Assembly: GCA_036170655.1 (NCBI GenBank)
Contig: JAVHPP010000164.1
Span: forward strand, 1 to 27,716
DNA length: 27,716 nucleotides
From: Candidatus Zixiibacteriota bacterium
GTDB lineage: Bacteria > Zixibacteria > MSB-5A5 > WJJR01
Direction of reading: 5' to 3'
Under the pieces are notes generated by a model that was not told the origin of the DNA, made no database searches, and saw only the letters and a list, made by a program, of their open reading frames with translations. Every line of letters starts with the position of its first letter. The stretch's first letter is position 1. Below, in pieces: positions 17,553-27,377 of this stretch. The position numbers and the translations under genes were made by a program.

Positions 17553-18533
17553 TCAAAAAGTATCGTCTTCGGCGAAGACGCCGATGTTACGGTACTTCGC
17601 ACGGCGTCTGGCAATCAAGTCTTCTGACGAAAACGCGCTCAGTTCAATCAAACTTTCCAGAATGACCGCGCGCAGCACGGTCGCCGATTCGGCGGCATCC
17701 CGGTGGGCGCCGCCGAGCGGCTCCGGGACAATCCGGTCGATGATTCCCAGTTCCAAGAGATCGTCGGCCGCCAACCGCAGGGCCTCCGCTGCTTTCGGCG
17801 CATTGGCGGCGGCGCCCTCATTTCGCCACAGGATCGCCGCGCAACCCTCTGGTGAAATCACGGAATACCAGGAATTCTCGAGCATCAGGATACGATCCCC
17901 CATGCCGATCCCCAGCGCACCCCCTGACGCGCCCTCCCCAATGATGCTTACAATTAGGGGAACTGGCAACAACGACATTTCACGCAGATTCCGCGCGATC
18001 GCCTCCGCCTGACCCCGTTCCTCGGCTTGAATCCCAGGAAAAGCTCCCGGTGTGTCGATAAGTATCACGATAGGGCGACCAAATTTCGCCGCCAACGTCA
18101 TCATTCTCAATGCTTTACGATACCCTTCTGGATGACACATGCCGAAATTATTCGCCAACTTCTCCTTCGTCGTCCGTCCTTTTTGCTGCCCCAAGATCAT
18201 GACAGGGCGGTCACCCAAGAGAGCCGTACCAGCAATCAGAGCATGATCATCACCAAACGATCTGTCCCCATGAAGCGCAATGAAGTTGGTTGTCATCTTC
18301 TCGATGTAGTCCATCGTGTAGGGACGCATCGGGTGACGGGCCAGTTGGACCTTCTGCCAGCGGGTCAGTGAGGCAAACGTCTCCCGCATGAGCTTGTCGA
18401 GCCGCCGCTCCAGGAGACGGATTTCCTTGGATAACTCGACGTTCTCGTCGCTGGCGAACTCCCGCATATCGCGGATTTTCGCTTCCAGCTCCAAGACTGG
18501 TTTTTCAAAGTCAAGGTAGGTACCGGGTCGCAT
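17553..18533 (-). CDS. accA: acetyl-CoA carboxylase carboxyltransferase subunit alpha
   Basis: [42 protein letters not shown] and SVISPEGCA motifs. Confidence 0.97.
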   Translation of the reverse strand: MRPGTYLDFEKPVLELEAKIRDMREFASDENVELSKEIRLLERRLDKLMRETFASLTRWQKVQLARHPMRPYTMDYIEKMTTNFIALHGDRSFGDDHALIAGTALLGDRPVMILGQQKGRTTKEKLANNFGMCHPEGYRKALRMMTLAAKFGRPIVILIDTPGAFPGIQAEERGQAEAIARNLREMSLLPVPLIVSIIGEGASGGALGIGMGDRILMLENSWYSVISPEGCAAILWRNEGAAANAPKAAEALRLAADDLLELGIIDRIVPEPLGGAHRDAAESATVLRAVILESLIELSAFSSEDLIARRRAKYRNIGVFAEDDTF

Positions 18534-19619
18534 TCATCCCCCGCTGCCCTGCTTGGCCCCAGTGCCATCGGCACGGGCGGGTAGCTTTCTACGGAAAATA
18601 ATACCCAAAGAGACAAGAAGTGACAACACAAAAAATCCCAGAATGACAGTCAGGAGCCGCCTGTTGGCGTAGCGAAAGGCCACGCAGAAACCGCCAAAGA
18701 CTGCCGTGACAATCGAATAGCTTGCCACCACACGGTTGGCGGTCCATCCACGCGCGATCAGCCGATGGTGGAGATGGCCCGTATCAGCCACCATCGGGTT
18801 GTTTCCAGCCATGGAACGACGGCCCAGCGAGATGACCGACTCGGCCAGAGGGAGGAACATAGCAATCAAAGGGACGAAAAAAGCCAGCGCCGTGAACCGC
18901 TTGATCGGCGCCAGCAGGGCTACAACGGCGAAGAAGTAACCAAGAGACAACGACCCTGAATCGCCCATGAAGACTCTCGCCGGATAATGATTGAACCGCC
19001 AAAACCCGGCCAGCGCTCCGAAGAGCGACGCCGAAGCGATCCAAACTGGGGAAAGCTGCAACCCCATGCTGATCCAGATCAAGGGCAGCGTTGCTATGCC
19101 AGCGATCGCCGTCGCCAGACCATCGACACCATCAATGATATTGACCGCGTTAACGAGAACAAGAAACCAAGCCATCGTCACCGGTAATGACCAGACACCC
19201 AGCTCAATTCCGCCGACAAACGGGATCCACAACTGGCCAAAACCAATCCCGCTGAACCAGAGGAATAAGCCGATAAGCGCCTGTGCACCCAGCTTGACGC
19301 TCCCCCGCAGCGGCCGGAGATCATCGGCGATGCCTGCGAGGAGTGTCGCCACGGCGCCAATGATGATGGGAACAGCGTGTGAGCCGAGTTCCTTCATCTT
19401 GGCGGGCACCAGAAGTCCAGCCAGAAGAATCGTTGCCCATACGGCGGCGAAGAGGGCAATGCCTGTCAAACGGGGCGTGGGTACCCGATGAATCCTTCTT
19501 GGAGTGGGTTGGTCCAGGAACCCAAAACGATGACACAGCCGTGCCAGAGGTGGAACCAGCACAGTCACGAAGAGCCATCCGCACAGGGCCGATCCTGCCA
19601 GCAACAAGAGATTACTCAC
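18534..19619 (-). CDS. wecA: undecaprenyl-phosphate N-acetylhexosamine-1-phosphate transferase (WecA/TagO, MraY family)
   Basis: PTPRLTG, GIADD, NAVNIIDGVDGL, FMGDSGS and HLHHRL motifs; GGAGG SD before GTG 19619. Confidence 0.88.
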   Translation of the reverse strand: MSNLLLLAGSALCGWLFVTVLVPPLARLCHRFGFLDQPTPRRIHRVPTPRLTGIALFAAVWATILLAGLLVPAKMKELGSHAVPIIIGAVATLLAGIADDLRPLRGSVKLGAQALIGLFLWFSGIGFGQLWIPFVGGIELGVWSLPVTMAWFLVLVNAVNIIDGVDGLATAIAGIATLPLIWISMGLQLSPVWIASASLFGALAGFWRFNHYPARVFMGDSGSLSLGYFFAVVALLAPIKRFTALAFFVPLIAMFLPLAESVISLGRRSMAGNNPMVADTGHLHHRLIARGWTANRVVASYSIVTAVFGGFCVAFRYANRRLLTVILGFFVLSLLVSLGIIFRRKLPARADGTGAKQGSGG

Positions 19620-20532
19620 TGCGCAACCTCCGGCCGGACCGAAGGAGAGCAACGACCCAGCTCGATGTATCGGCGATGCCAAGCGCGGAGAACAAGAGGA
19701 CGTTCCGTATCCGCTTGTGAGAATGGTGTACGGTGAAATAGCGGCGGATGCTCGACCGGTGAATGGCCGCAAGGTGCGGATCGCGTTTCGTCGCGCCTCC
19801 CCACCGATGGATGACTGCTACCGTGGGGTCAATCCATACCTCTCCGCCCATGTCGGCAATTCGCCGGCAAAGGTCTGTATCTTCGACGTAGAGAAAATAC
19901 CCTGCATCCATCCCGCCGACCGTGATGAAAACATTGCGTCGCAGCATGAGACAGGCGGCGCACAACGCATCGGCACGCTGTGGAGCACTCGGATCGATGA
20001 CAGTGTACCGGCCTCCCAATCCCGCCCGTTCCAGCCATCGTCCCCAAGGCACCCCACGGGAGAACCAAATATTCCTGTGATCCGGAAACCGGCGGGCGCT
20101 GGGCTGTGGCCGTCCATCCGGGAAGACCAGACGCGGAGAAACCGCAGCGACCTGCGGGTGCTCCTGGAGAAACGCCATCAAGCGATCAAGAGCATCGTCG
20201 TTCCAGCGGACATCCGGATTGGCCAACAACAGAAAGCGCCCCCGTGACGCGGCAACGGCCGCGTTGACCCCGTAGGCAAAACCATGATTGTCCCCACTCT
20301 GCACAATGCGGGCATTCGGAAAGCGCCCCTTCAATAATGCCAGGGAATCATCGTGCGAGGCATTATCAAAAACAACGAGTTCCCACCTGGACCGCGGTGG
20401 ATGTTGCGTCAGCGATACAACGAAATCATCAAGTGCCGTCGCCGAGTTGCAGGTGACGACAATGATCGACAGATCAGGCAGAGGAGATTGCAACAGACCG
20501 ACGGGCGCGGGCGTTGATGCTTCGGCAGCCAT
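19612..20532 (-). CDS. glycosyltransferase family 2 (WbbL/rhamnosyltransferase-like)
   Basis: LSIIVVT, DNASHD, NHGFAYGVN, LLANPD, GGMDAGYFLYVEDTDLC motifs. Start placed at ATG 20532, just after the upstream stop. Confidence 0.88.
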   Translation of the reverse strand: MAAEASTPAPVGLLQSPLPDLSIIVVTCNSATALDDFVVSLTQHPPRSRWELVVFDNASHDDSLALLKGRFPNARIVQSGDNHGFAYGVNAAVAASRGRFLLLANPDVRWNDDALDRLMAFLQEHPQVAAVSPRLVFPDGRPQPSARRFPDHRNIWFSRGVPWGRWLERAGLGGRYTVIDPSAPQRADALCAACLMLRRNVFITVGGMDAGYFLYVEDTDLCRRIADMGGEVWIDPTVAVIHRWGGATKRDPHLAAIHRSSIRRYFTVHHSHKRIRNVLLFSALGIADTSSWVVALLRSGRRLRSE

Positions 20533-20534
20533 CG

Positions 20535-21248
20535 CTACAAGCGGCCAAAGATTGCCATCAGGCGCAACTTCGGGACCATCCATATCGCTTCCCGGACGAT
20601 GTGCTTGGACATCTTGGAATGACCCTGCTCACGATCGGTGAAGACAATCGGGATCTCCTGCATACGGAACCCTTTCTTCCACGCCCGGAACGACATCTCA
20701 ATTTGGAAAGCATATCCGTTGGAATGGATGTTGTCCAGATCAATGGCGTCAAGAACTTCCCGGCGGAAACACTTGAAACCACCGGTGGAATCACGAACCG
20801 GAAGACCCGTCACGATGCGGGAGTAGACGTTGGCAAAGTAAGACAACAAGAGACGGCTCATCGGCCAATTAATGACGTTCACACCGGAAATGTACCGAGA
20901 GCCCAGCACAAGGTCAGCATCCTCCGTCGCCTTCAAGAATTCGGGCAGGTATTTGGGGTTGTGCGAAAAATCGGCATCCATCTCGAAGATACGGTCGAAG
21001 TCGCGTTCGAGCGCCCATTTGAACCCGGAAAGATAAGCACGGCCCAAACCGGCCTTTTCCGGCCGATGAAGCACATGGATGCGCGGATTGACGGCAGCCA
21101 TTTGGGCAGCGATTTGCCCCGTCCCATCAGGGGAGTTGTCATCCACAATCAAGACGGAAATGCGGAGGTCGCGGGCAAGCACCTCTGGCACAATGAGGGG
21201 AAGGTTTTCTTTCTCGTTGTAGGTCGGAATGATGACAAGCGCTTTCAT
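20535..21248 (-). CDS. polyprenol monophosphomannose synthase (DPM1/Ppm1-like GT2)
   Basis: IIPTYNE, VDDNSPDGT, GLGRAY, EMDADFSH, GSRY, DSTGGFK, GYAFQIE and DREQGHSKM motifs; SD before ATG 21248. Confidence 0.9.
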   Translation of the reverse strand: MKALVIIPTYNEKENLPLIVPEVLARDLRISVLIVDDNSPDGTGQIAAQMAAVNPRIHVLHRPEKAGLGRAYLSGFKWALERDFDRIFEMDADFSHNPKYLPEFLKATEDADLVLGSRYISGVNVINWPMSRLLLSYFANVYSRIVTGLPVRDSTGGFKCFRREVLDAIDLDNIHSNGYAFQIEMSFRAWKKGFRMQEIPIVFTDREQGHSKMSKHIVREAIWMVPKLRLMAIFGRL

Positions 21249-21326
21249 CAGCTCTTCTCCCGTGTTCCTGCCGATGCCCTTGCAAACGTCCCCAAACGCA
21301 ACCATACACCCGTGAAACGGGATCGA

Positions 21327-22295
21327 TCAAGTTGTATCCGTCTTCTCCCGTAGCCACAGAAGCGGCAAAGCGCCGAGAATCTCGGTCAGCGTCAGCCAGA
21401 TGCGTGAGAGTACAGCGATGGGCGCGGCCAATCCGACAGGAAGGTAAGAACCCAGCAGGACAGTCAACGATCCCTCCCTCACCCCCAATCCTCCAGGAAC
21501 GAGGATGGCAAGAAACCCCAGCAAGTACGACGCACAGAAAATCGCGACTGTCACCCAGAAAGGCCCTGCCGATTCAATCCCTACTCCCAAGAGCAGCGCC
21601 CAGAAAGCGGCGCCGTAAATCACCCATGTCCCCACATAGGTCAGGAACAACGCCAGCATCAGACCATACGAGAGGGGAATCACAATCGGATCATGACGGA
21701 TGAGGCGGAGACCCACATTAACCAGCCGCTGGAATACCGCTGGAATCAGCACGGCGAGGCTGAGCGCGCCGCCGAGCGCGAGAACCCAAACCGGAAGCCC
21801 CCCAAACACACCCCCTCCGAGCACAATGATAGATAAGAGAAGTCCAGACAGCACAGACAGCGCTTGATTGAGCACAGCAGAGGCCAGGACAGACGGTGCG
21901 TTATACCCTTCTCTTTTCAGGAGGTAAACCATCCCCATGACGGTCCACACCTTGCCGGGAAGGTACTTCCCGAAATTGGACACGAACCACACGCGGTAGG
22001 CCGTTCCGAATCGCAGCGGGGAGTTTCCAATACGAACCAATAGGATCCGCCAGAGAGCAATCAAAATCACGAAGTCCACCCAGACAAGGGCACCGGACAA
22101 GGTGAGCCATCCCCATCGTATGGCCCAGTGAAAGTGTGCAATCGCGTCCCATTGACTGGCAATCGAGCGCCCCAGGAACAACGCGATGACACCGACCACA
22201 GCGAGCGTGATCAACCGGCGCCAGAGCCCGGGCGACCGGCTTGTTGCCCGCTCCGTCGGTCCCGGTGCTGGATCGGCCGACACATTCGATGTCAC
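21327..22295 (-). CDS. lysylphosphatidylglycerol-synthase TM-domain / putative flippase membrane protein
   Basis: About 8 TM helices, with GKYLPGKVW and PGGLGVREG motifs of the LPG_synthase_TM (YbhN/AglD2) family. Confidence 0.82.
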   Translation of the reverse strand: MTSNVSADPAPGPTERATSRSPGLWRRLITLAVVGVIALFLGRSIASQWDAIAHFHWAIRWGWLTLSGALVWVDFVILIALWRILLVRIGNSPLRFGTAYRVWFVSNFGKYLPGKVWTVMGMVYLLKREGYNAPSVLASAVLNQALSVLSGLLLSIIVLGGGVFGGLPVWVLALGGALSLAVLIPAVFQRLVNVGLRLIRHDPIVIPLSYGLMLALFLTYVGTWVIYGAAFWALLLGVGIESAGPFWVTVAIFCASYLLGFLAILVPGGLGVREGSLTVLLGSYLPVGLAAPIAVLSRIWLTLTEILGALPLLWLREKTDTT

Positions 22296-23488
22296 ATCTC
22301 ACCTCTATACCAACGGCAGAACTGGTCCGCAATCGCGTCGGATGAAAAGCGCTGGCGTGCCGAGGCCAACCCCGCTGTGGCCAGTCGGTCGCGATACCCC
22401 TTGTCCGCAAGAAGATGCCCTAAAGCCGTGGCCAGCTCGGACGCACTCTCCGGCGCGACCAGAAGGCCAGTCTGGCCATCTTTAACGATGTCAACCAGCC
22501 CACCGGAGCGGGCTCCGATGACTGTTGCCCCACACAACTGTGCTTCCACCAAGACCATGCCAAATCCCTCGTCAACCGCTGGCAAGACGACGACATCGGC
22601 GCTCTGGTACTCGCTGGCCAGTCGTTCCTGCGGCATGGAGGGGACAAATTCAACACAGGAATCGACTCCGAGCGTCCGGGCCTGCGCGCGCACGGCAGGT
22701 TCCAGCGGCCCCTCCCCAATCAACCGCGCGGTGAACATAGACCCCTGATCTTTCAGCAGTCTTAAAGCGTCGATAAGGACATGGTTGCGTTTTTGTTCCG
22801 TGAAGCGCGTGACGGACAAGATCACCGGCGCATCCCGTCCACTGCCCCGCGACGGGCTGGGCACGAATGCGTCATCGTTGGGAGGCATGGGCACAATTCG
22901 CAATTTGCTGTCGAGGGCCGGGAACATCTCGCGCAGTGAATCCCCAAGCCATGACGAAACGACCGTTACAATCCGGGCCCGGGAAAACACCCGTGCCGCC
23001 AGCGGGCGAAGCCACGCTTTTGTCCGAAGTAGACGCAGGTCGGTGCCATGAAGTGTCACGATCAGAGGCCCGCGGAAGTTCAGACGGCGCGCGATCCATC
23101 CGGCAGGTATCCACCAATGGGCATGGATACAGGCGGGGTTGAACTGCTCGACTGCTTCGCGCGCCGCCCGGCCAAAGGACCGAAAAAAGCGCCAGTGCGC
23201 TCCCATGCTGCGCGGTCCTGCCAGAGTCAGCTTCCCCAAGTCTCCCCGGTACATCAAGGTCTCCTGCTCTTCCGTACCGTACGGGAACCGTTGCACAAGC
23301 ACACCCTGCATCACCTCTTCGAAGGAAGCCCCTGGGTGATGCGGGGCCAGCACAGCGGCACGGAGACCGCGCCGTGTCGTCAGTTCAGCCAGCCGGGCCA
23401 CAAACTGACCCGCAAAATCGCCGGAATACCGTGGATAATTGTGAGTCAGGTACAAGACATCGACTGGGGTGATGACATCGGGCACCAT
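22292..23488 (-). CDS. glycosyltransferase family 4 (GT-B)
   Basis: THNYPR...AGQFV, IHAHWWIPAG, TLHGTD and EGFGMVLVEA (EX7E) motifs; GAGGTG SD before ATG 23488. Confidence 0.9.
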   Translation of the reverse strand: MVPDVITPVDVLYLTHNYPRYSGDFAGQFVARLAELTTRRGLRAAVLAPHHPGASFEEVMQGVLVQRFPYGTEEQETLMYRGDLGKLTLAGPRSMGAHWRFFRSFGRAAREAVEQFNPACIHAHWWIPAGWIARRLNFRGPLIVTLHGTDLRLLRTKAWLRPLAARVFSRARIVTVVSSWLGDSLREMFPALDSKLRIVPMPPNDDAFVPSPSRGSGRDAPVILSVTRFTEQKRNHVLIDALRLLKDQGSMFTARLIGEGPLEPAVRAQARTLGVDSCVEFVPSMPQERLASEYQSADVVVLPAVDEGFGMVLVEAQLCGATVIGARSGGLVDIVKDGQTGLLVAPESASELATALGHLLADKGYRDRLATAGLASARQRFSSDAIADQFCRWYRGEM

Positions 23489-23495
23489 GATCACC

Positions 23496-25007
23496 TCATG
23501 GCCGCCTGCGTCGTCCGTACTGATTCTTGGGTCTGTCCGCTGCGGCAGAGGACGGGATCTCAGGTTCTCCACTGGCCGAGTCCACTCTGTCCGGATCGGT
23601 ATGAGTTGCCGGCTCGGAAGTCGAAGACGCATCGCGGCGTGCGGCCGTGGAGCCAGACGACTCCGAATCAGCAGAATGCCCAGATCCTTCCGCAGGTTTT
23701 GCCTTTTTGAAAAGATCATCGACGACAGCGGCCGTCTCGGCACGATCCTCATACCGGGACGTGGGCTGCTGCAAAACAGTGTCCTCATGGCGCGCGTCCG
23801 GCGGCGTTTCGGTCACGGGTGGCGCTGGCTCTGTCGGCGGCAGCGGAGCCACTGGCTGGGAATCCCGCTGATCTGATTCACGACGACGTCGGAACTCACC
23901 GCGACGCTCTCCCGTGCGCAGCGCGCGACCGGGCCGGCGATCACCACGTGGCGGACGTTCACCGGTGGTCCCGGATCGCTGTTCACCGCTGGTCCGAGGA
24001 GAATGCGCTTCCTGTGCCGGCGCGGATGAGACCTGTGCCGAGTAGCTGCTTCCGGGTGGCGGATGGTAGAGCCGGAAATTGGGACCGCCGCGAAGCAAGG
24101 CAACTTGTTGGCGGATTCCCGCCACGGATTCTGCCAGGAATCCCAACGCAAAGAAGACTACTCCGGAAATTCCCAGCGTCATCACCAGGTACAGAAGCGG
24201 CCGATAACCGTGATTAAGAATGAACCGCTGGTAAACAGCCAACAGTCCAACAAGGAACGCCGCTGTCAGGAGCGCGGACCCCGTCAGGCCAAAGTACCAC
24301 AGCGGGCGGCGCATCGTGTGGTATTGAAACTTGACCGCGAGAAGATCGAGGACTCCCCCGGGGATCCGCCAGAGCCCGAATTTGGAGCGGCCGGACGGCC
24401 GCGGGTAGAGGGTCACGTCGACTTCACCAATACGGTATCCCTGTTCGGCCACGATCGCGACCCAAAAGCGGTGCCAGTCATGCCGGTAGTCCAGCGCATC
24501 GACCAGCTCACGGCGGAGGGCTTTCACCGAATTGAGATCGGTCACCTGAATCGAAGGGAAGAGCCACCGCGAGATGCGGTTATAGATGCCCGACACAGCC
24601 CGCTTATTGTATACGCCGATCTTGCGGCCGGTCACCAGATCGTAACCTTCGCGCACCTTGTCGATCATGCGGGGAATGTCGTTGGGATGAAACTGACGGT
24701 CGGCAGGATAGAAAACGATGATCGATCCCTGCGCGACACTGAAACCTGCCTGCAACGCCTCGGTCAGTCCCCGACGGTGCGGGACGGTAACAATGCGCAG
24801 AAAACGGTGGACACGCTGGGCATCCACCAGACGCGCCAGAGTCCGGTCCGTGGAACCGTCGTCGACAGCAACGACTTCGAATGAAAATCGCGCCCGCCGC
24901 GCCAGTTCGCCGAACTGATCGAATAACGGACCCACGTTGCTTTCTTCGTTGTGAGCCGGAACAACTACGGTCACATCAGGTTTTCCCACTGTGTATGGTC
25001 TGTTCAT
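23496..25007 (-). CDS. glycosyltransferase family 2 (ArnC/GtrB-like polyprenol-phosphate glycosyltransferase) with long disordered C-terminal tail
   Basis: VVPAHNE, VDDGSTD, YDLVTG, WHRF and GRSKFG motifs, two C-terminal TM helices, then about 200 polar residues. ATGA overlap with the upstream gene at 25004-25007. Confidence 0.88.
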   Translation of the reverse strand: MNRPYTVGKPDVTVVVPAHNEESNVGPLFDQFGELARRARFSFEVVAVDDGSTDRTLARLVDAQRVHRFLRIVTVPHRRGLTEALQAGFSVAQGSIIVFYPADRQFHPNDIPRMIDKVREGYDLVTGRKIGVYNKRAVSGIYNRISRWLFPSIQVTDLNSVKALRRELVDALDYRHDWHRFWVAIVAEQGYRIGEVDVTLYPRPSGRSKFGLWRIPGGVLDLLAVKFQYHTMRRPLWYFGLTGSALLTAAFLVGLLAVYQRFILNHGYRPLLYLVMTLGISGVVFFALGFLAESVAGIRQQVALLRGGPNFRLYHPPPGSSYSAQVSSAPAQEAHSPRTSGEQRSGTTGERPPRGDRRPGRALRTGERRGEFRRRRESDQRDSQPVAPLPPTEPAPPVTETPPDARHEDTVLQQPTSRYEDRAETAAVVDDLFKKAKPAEGSGHSADSESSGSTAARRDASSTSEPATHTDPDRVDSASGEPEIPSSAAADRPKNQYGRRRRP

Positions 25008-27343
25008 CGCCCATCCGCCTGTGCCAGCCTCTCGGCCAGCTTGGAGTTCCCAGGACTGAGTTTTTGGGCATGTCGCCAGGCGTCGACCGCCTGTTGCCGC
25101 ATGTCCCTTCCAGCCCCCTTGCGAAACATCTCCCATGCAACATCGCCGAACCGTGCCCACAGAACATAGTCATCATTGAAAAAAACCGTGGCATGCCGAT
25201 AGGCATCCAGCGCGTTGTCCAACTGCCCCCGGCGTGAAAGGATGTCTCCCAGCCACCGCCACGCTGTGTAGCAGTTGCCCGAATCAGCCACCCATCGTGA
25301 CGCATGACTCAACAGCGTATCGCCGGGATGCGAGTTCACATCAGATTTCAATCGCTCAAACGGGGATGGCTGGTAGGTGGAGGCGCGGGGATTGCCGCCC
25401 AACTCCGCTACTCGAAAAACGGTGATCGGGAGATTGCGGATCGTGTATTGCGCAACCCGATCGGCCTGACCAGCAATTTGCTTGTAGTCGCTGAAGAATG
25501 GATCATCGGACGGCTCGACGATGGCCACGTGAGTCACAGGAAACTTCTTAAAGAACTCCGGGTCTGGCTGAGCGACACCGAACATGGCAGGGAAATTGTG
25601 TAGCCGTCCTGTTTGCGTCAATGCCGTGGCGTAACTGCCGGTCAGGACCGCCTCCTCGCCCAAGACCTTCTGCAAATCGTCGTTAGCCGCCGCGATCGAG
25701 TACTGAGCCTGTGACCACCATTTCACGAAATATCGTCCCTGGTCAGCCAGCGATACAAGTAATGCCAAACCGGCCACCAGTTCGAGCACGCCGCGGCCTC
25801 GCACACGCGACGCCAGACCAGCCACCCGGTCAAGGACCCCACGTATTCGCGATCTTGGCCTCTTGCTCTTCTCACGCATTTGACGGGCGGCCCAAAACCA
25901 AGCGCCTGCAACAAAGAGACCCAACGGAAGTGCGACCTTGACGCCACGTATGACGGATGCTGATTTCCTCGGATCGATCCACGAAGAGATCAACAAATGC
26001 TGCAAACCAGTGGCCAAGATAATGGCCAGAATCGGCACAGCATACCACACGAGCCGTCCTGATTGTTCTTCGCGCGGTCGGTCCTCGCGTCCGGCCATGC
26101 GGCCAATCAGCCATCCCGCCGCGCCCGCCAACGGGTACAGCAGAACGATTTGGTAGCGCACCGGACGATAGTTGAACGGCATCAGAATTGCGTAGGCGCT
26201 CCAGAACCATCCCACAAGCGCCAGCGCAGCCGGGGAAATCCGGGAAAGAAGCCGCCCCTCTCGCATTTCGAGCGGGACCGGACCGGACCGGGAACTTTCG
26301 CGACTGGGCAACCGCACATCGCCTCTCCGAAGGTACCGCGTCACCATGAACACCATGCCCAGCAGTCCGCTGATACCGAGAACCGGCGCCCAAGTCAGCA
26401 ATCCATTGCTGACCCCAAAATTATTGATCCCAAAGGAAAACCATTGGGAGATGAAGCCTCTGACCGAGGACAAGCCCACGGGCTTTCCATACAACTGGAC
26501 CGACTGCTCCTTGAGGTAGGCAAGCACCTCGGACGACGCCGACAAATAGGCAAACACATACCAGACAATGAAGACGAATCCCATTCCAGCCGCATAGCCG
26601 AGGGGACGATACCAGCGCCTGGTTGGCAAATCATCCTTCGCCTGCCATCCGACCAGTGCATAAGCCAGCAAGAAAATGGGCGCGGCGTGGAGCGCCGTTA
26701 CCTTGCCGAAGAATGTCCCGGCGCCAGCCACCACCCCGCCGACGATAGCCCACCACCATCGCCGCACGCTGGCAACAATTCCGAAGAAGGCCACGGCGAG
26801 CGTTGCATTGGAAGCCACCTCAAGAAATGGGACACGCCCATAGCTGACGAAAAGATAATTGACCGACAAGAAGAATGCCGCCGCCAAACCCGCGATAAGA
26901 CCAAAGGCGCGCGCGGTTCCCCATGCCAGGAATAGCACACCGACCAGGTTCAGGATCGCCGCGATCAAATGCGAAGGCCCGATGCCCGGGCCGGTCACGA
27001 GAAACAGCAGGTAGGAGAAAAACCCAGTGATATTCTTCTGGAAAAAGACGAGCCGGTCATCATTGAACGGGTTCCATTCTCCGAAGACAAGCGCATTACG
27101 CGCATAAGACGTGTATTGCGGTGGATCGGTGGACAGATCCTGGCTCCAGGAAATATCAAACGGCGGGTCGGCGCTCAAGTGCACCAGCCGAACCGTCGCG
27201 GCCAGCGCGACCACGAGCAGGATGGCCGTCAGCCGCCAGCGGCGATCCTCGAGATAACGCACCCATCCCTTCCATCGCAGAGGACGCTCCGCAGGACGGG
27301 CCACCGGTCTTGGTATGGATCTCGTATCGGCTTTCTTCTCCAT
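25004..27343 (-). CDS. GT-C fold membrane glycosyltransferase (ArnT/PMT-like) with C-terminal TPR
   Basis: RLVHLSADPP...TDPPQYTSYARN first loop, PFLE, RPVRY, many TM helices, a soluble domain and 2 TPR-like repeats (AWRWLGDIL, LWARFGDV). Start is ATG 27343 or TTG 27373. Confidence 0.75.
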   Translation of the reverse strand: MEKKADTRSIPRPVARPAERPLRWKGWVRYLEDRRWRLTAILLVVALAATVRLVHLSADPPFDISWSQDLSTDPPQYTSYARNALVFGEWNPFNDDRLVFFQKNITGFFSYLLFLVTGPGIGPSHLIAAILNLVGVLFLAWGTARAFGLIAGLAAAFFLSVNYLFVSYGRVPFLEVASNATLAVAFFGIVASVRRWWWAIVGGVVAGAGTFFGKVTALHAAPIFLLAYALVGWQAKDDLPTRRWYRPLGYAAGMGFVFIVWYVFAYLSASSEVLAYLKEQSVQLYGKPVGLSSVRGFISQWFSFGINNFGVSNGLLTWAPVLGISGLLGMVFMVTRYLRRGDVRLPSRESSRSGPVPLEMREGRLLSRISPAALALVGWFWSAYAILMPFNYRPVRYQIVLLYPLAGAAGWLIGRMAGREDRPREEQSGRLVWYAVPILAIILATGLQHLLISSWIDPRKSASVIRGVKVALPLGLFVAGAWFWAARQMREKSKRPRSRIRGVLDRVAGLASRVRGRGVLELVAGLALLVSLADQGRYFVKWWSQAQYSIAAANDDLQKVLGEEAVLTGSYATALTQTGRLHNFPAMFGVAQPDPEFFKKFPVTHVAIVEPSDDPFFSDYKQIAGQADRVAQYTIRNLPITVFRVAELGGNPRASTYQPSPFERLKSDVNSHPGDTLLSHASRWVADSGNCYTAWRWLGDILSRRGQLDNALDAYRHATVFFNDDYVLWARFGDVAWEMFRKGAGRDMRQQAVDAWRHAQKLSPGNSKLAERLAQADGR

Positions 27344-27377
27344 AGATTCAGTCGCGCACTGCGCACAGGTCAATCAA

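Noticed and set aside
23489..23788. 100-aa N-terminal extension of the GT4 in the ORF track
   Set aside because: It overlaps the upstream GT2 tail; ATG 23488 has a good SD and sits just before the first GT4 motif.
26275..26291. (GGACC)3 microrepeat, plus G7 at 13391 and A7 at 25179, as phase-variation tracts
   Set aside because: Too short to stand out from chance, and the reading frames are intact.
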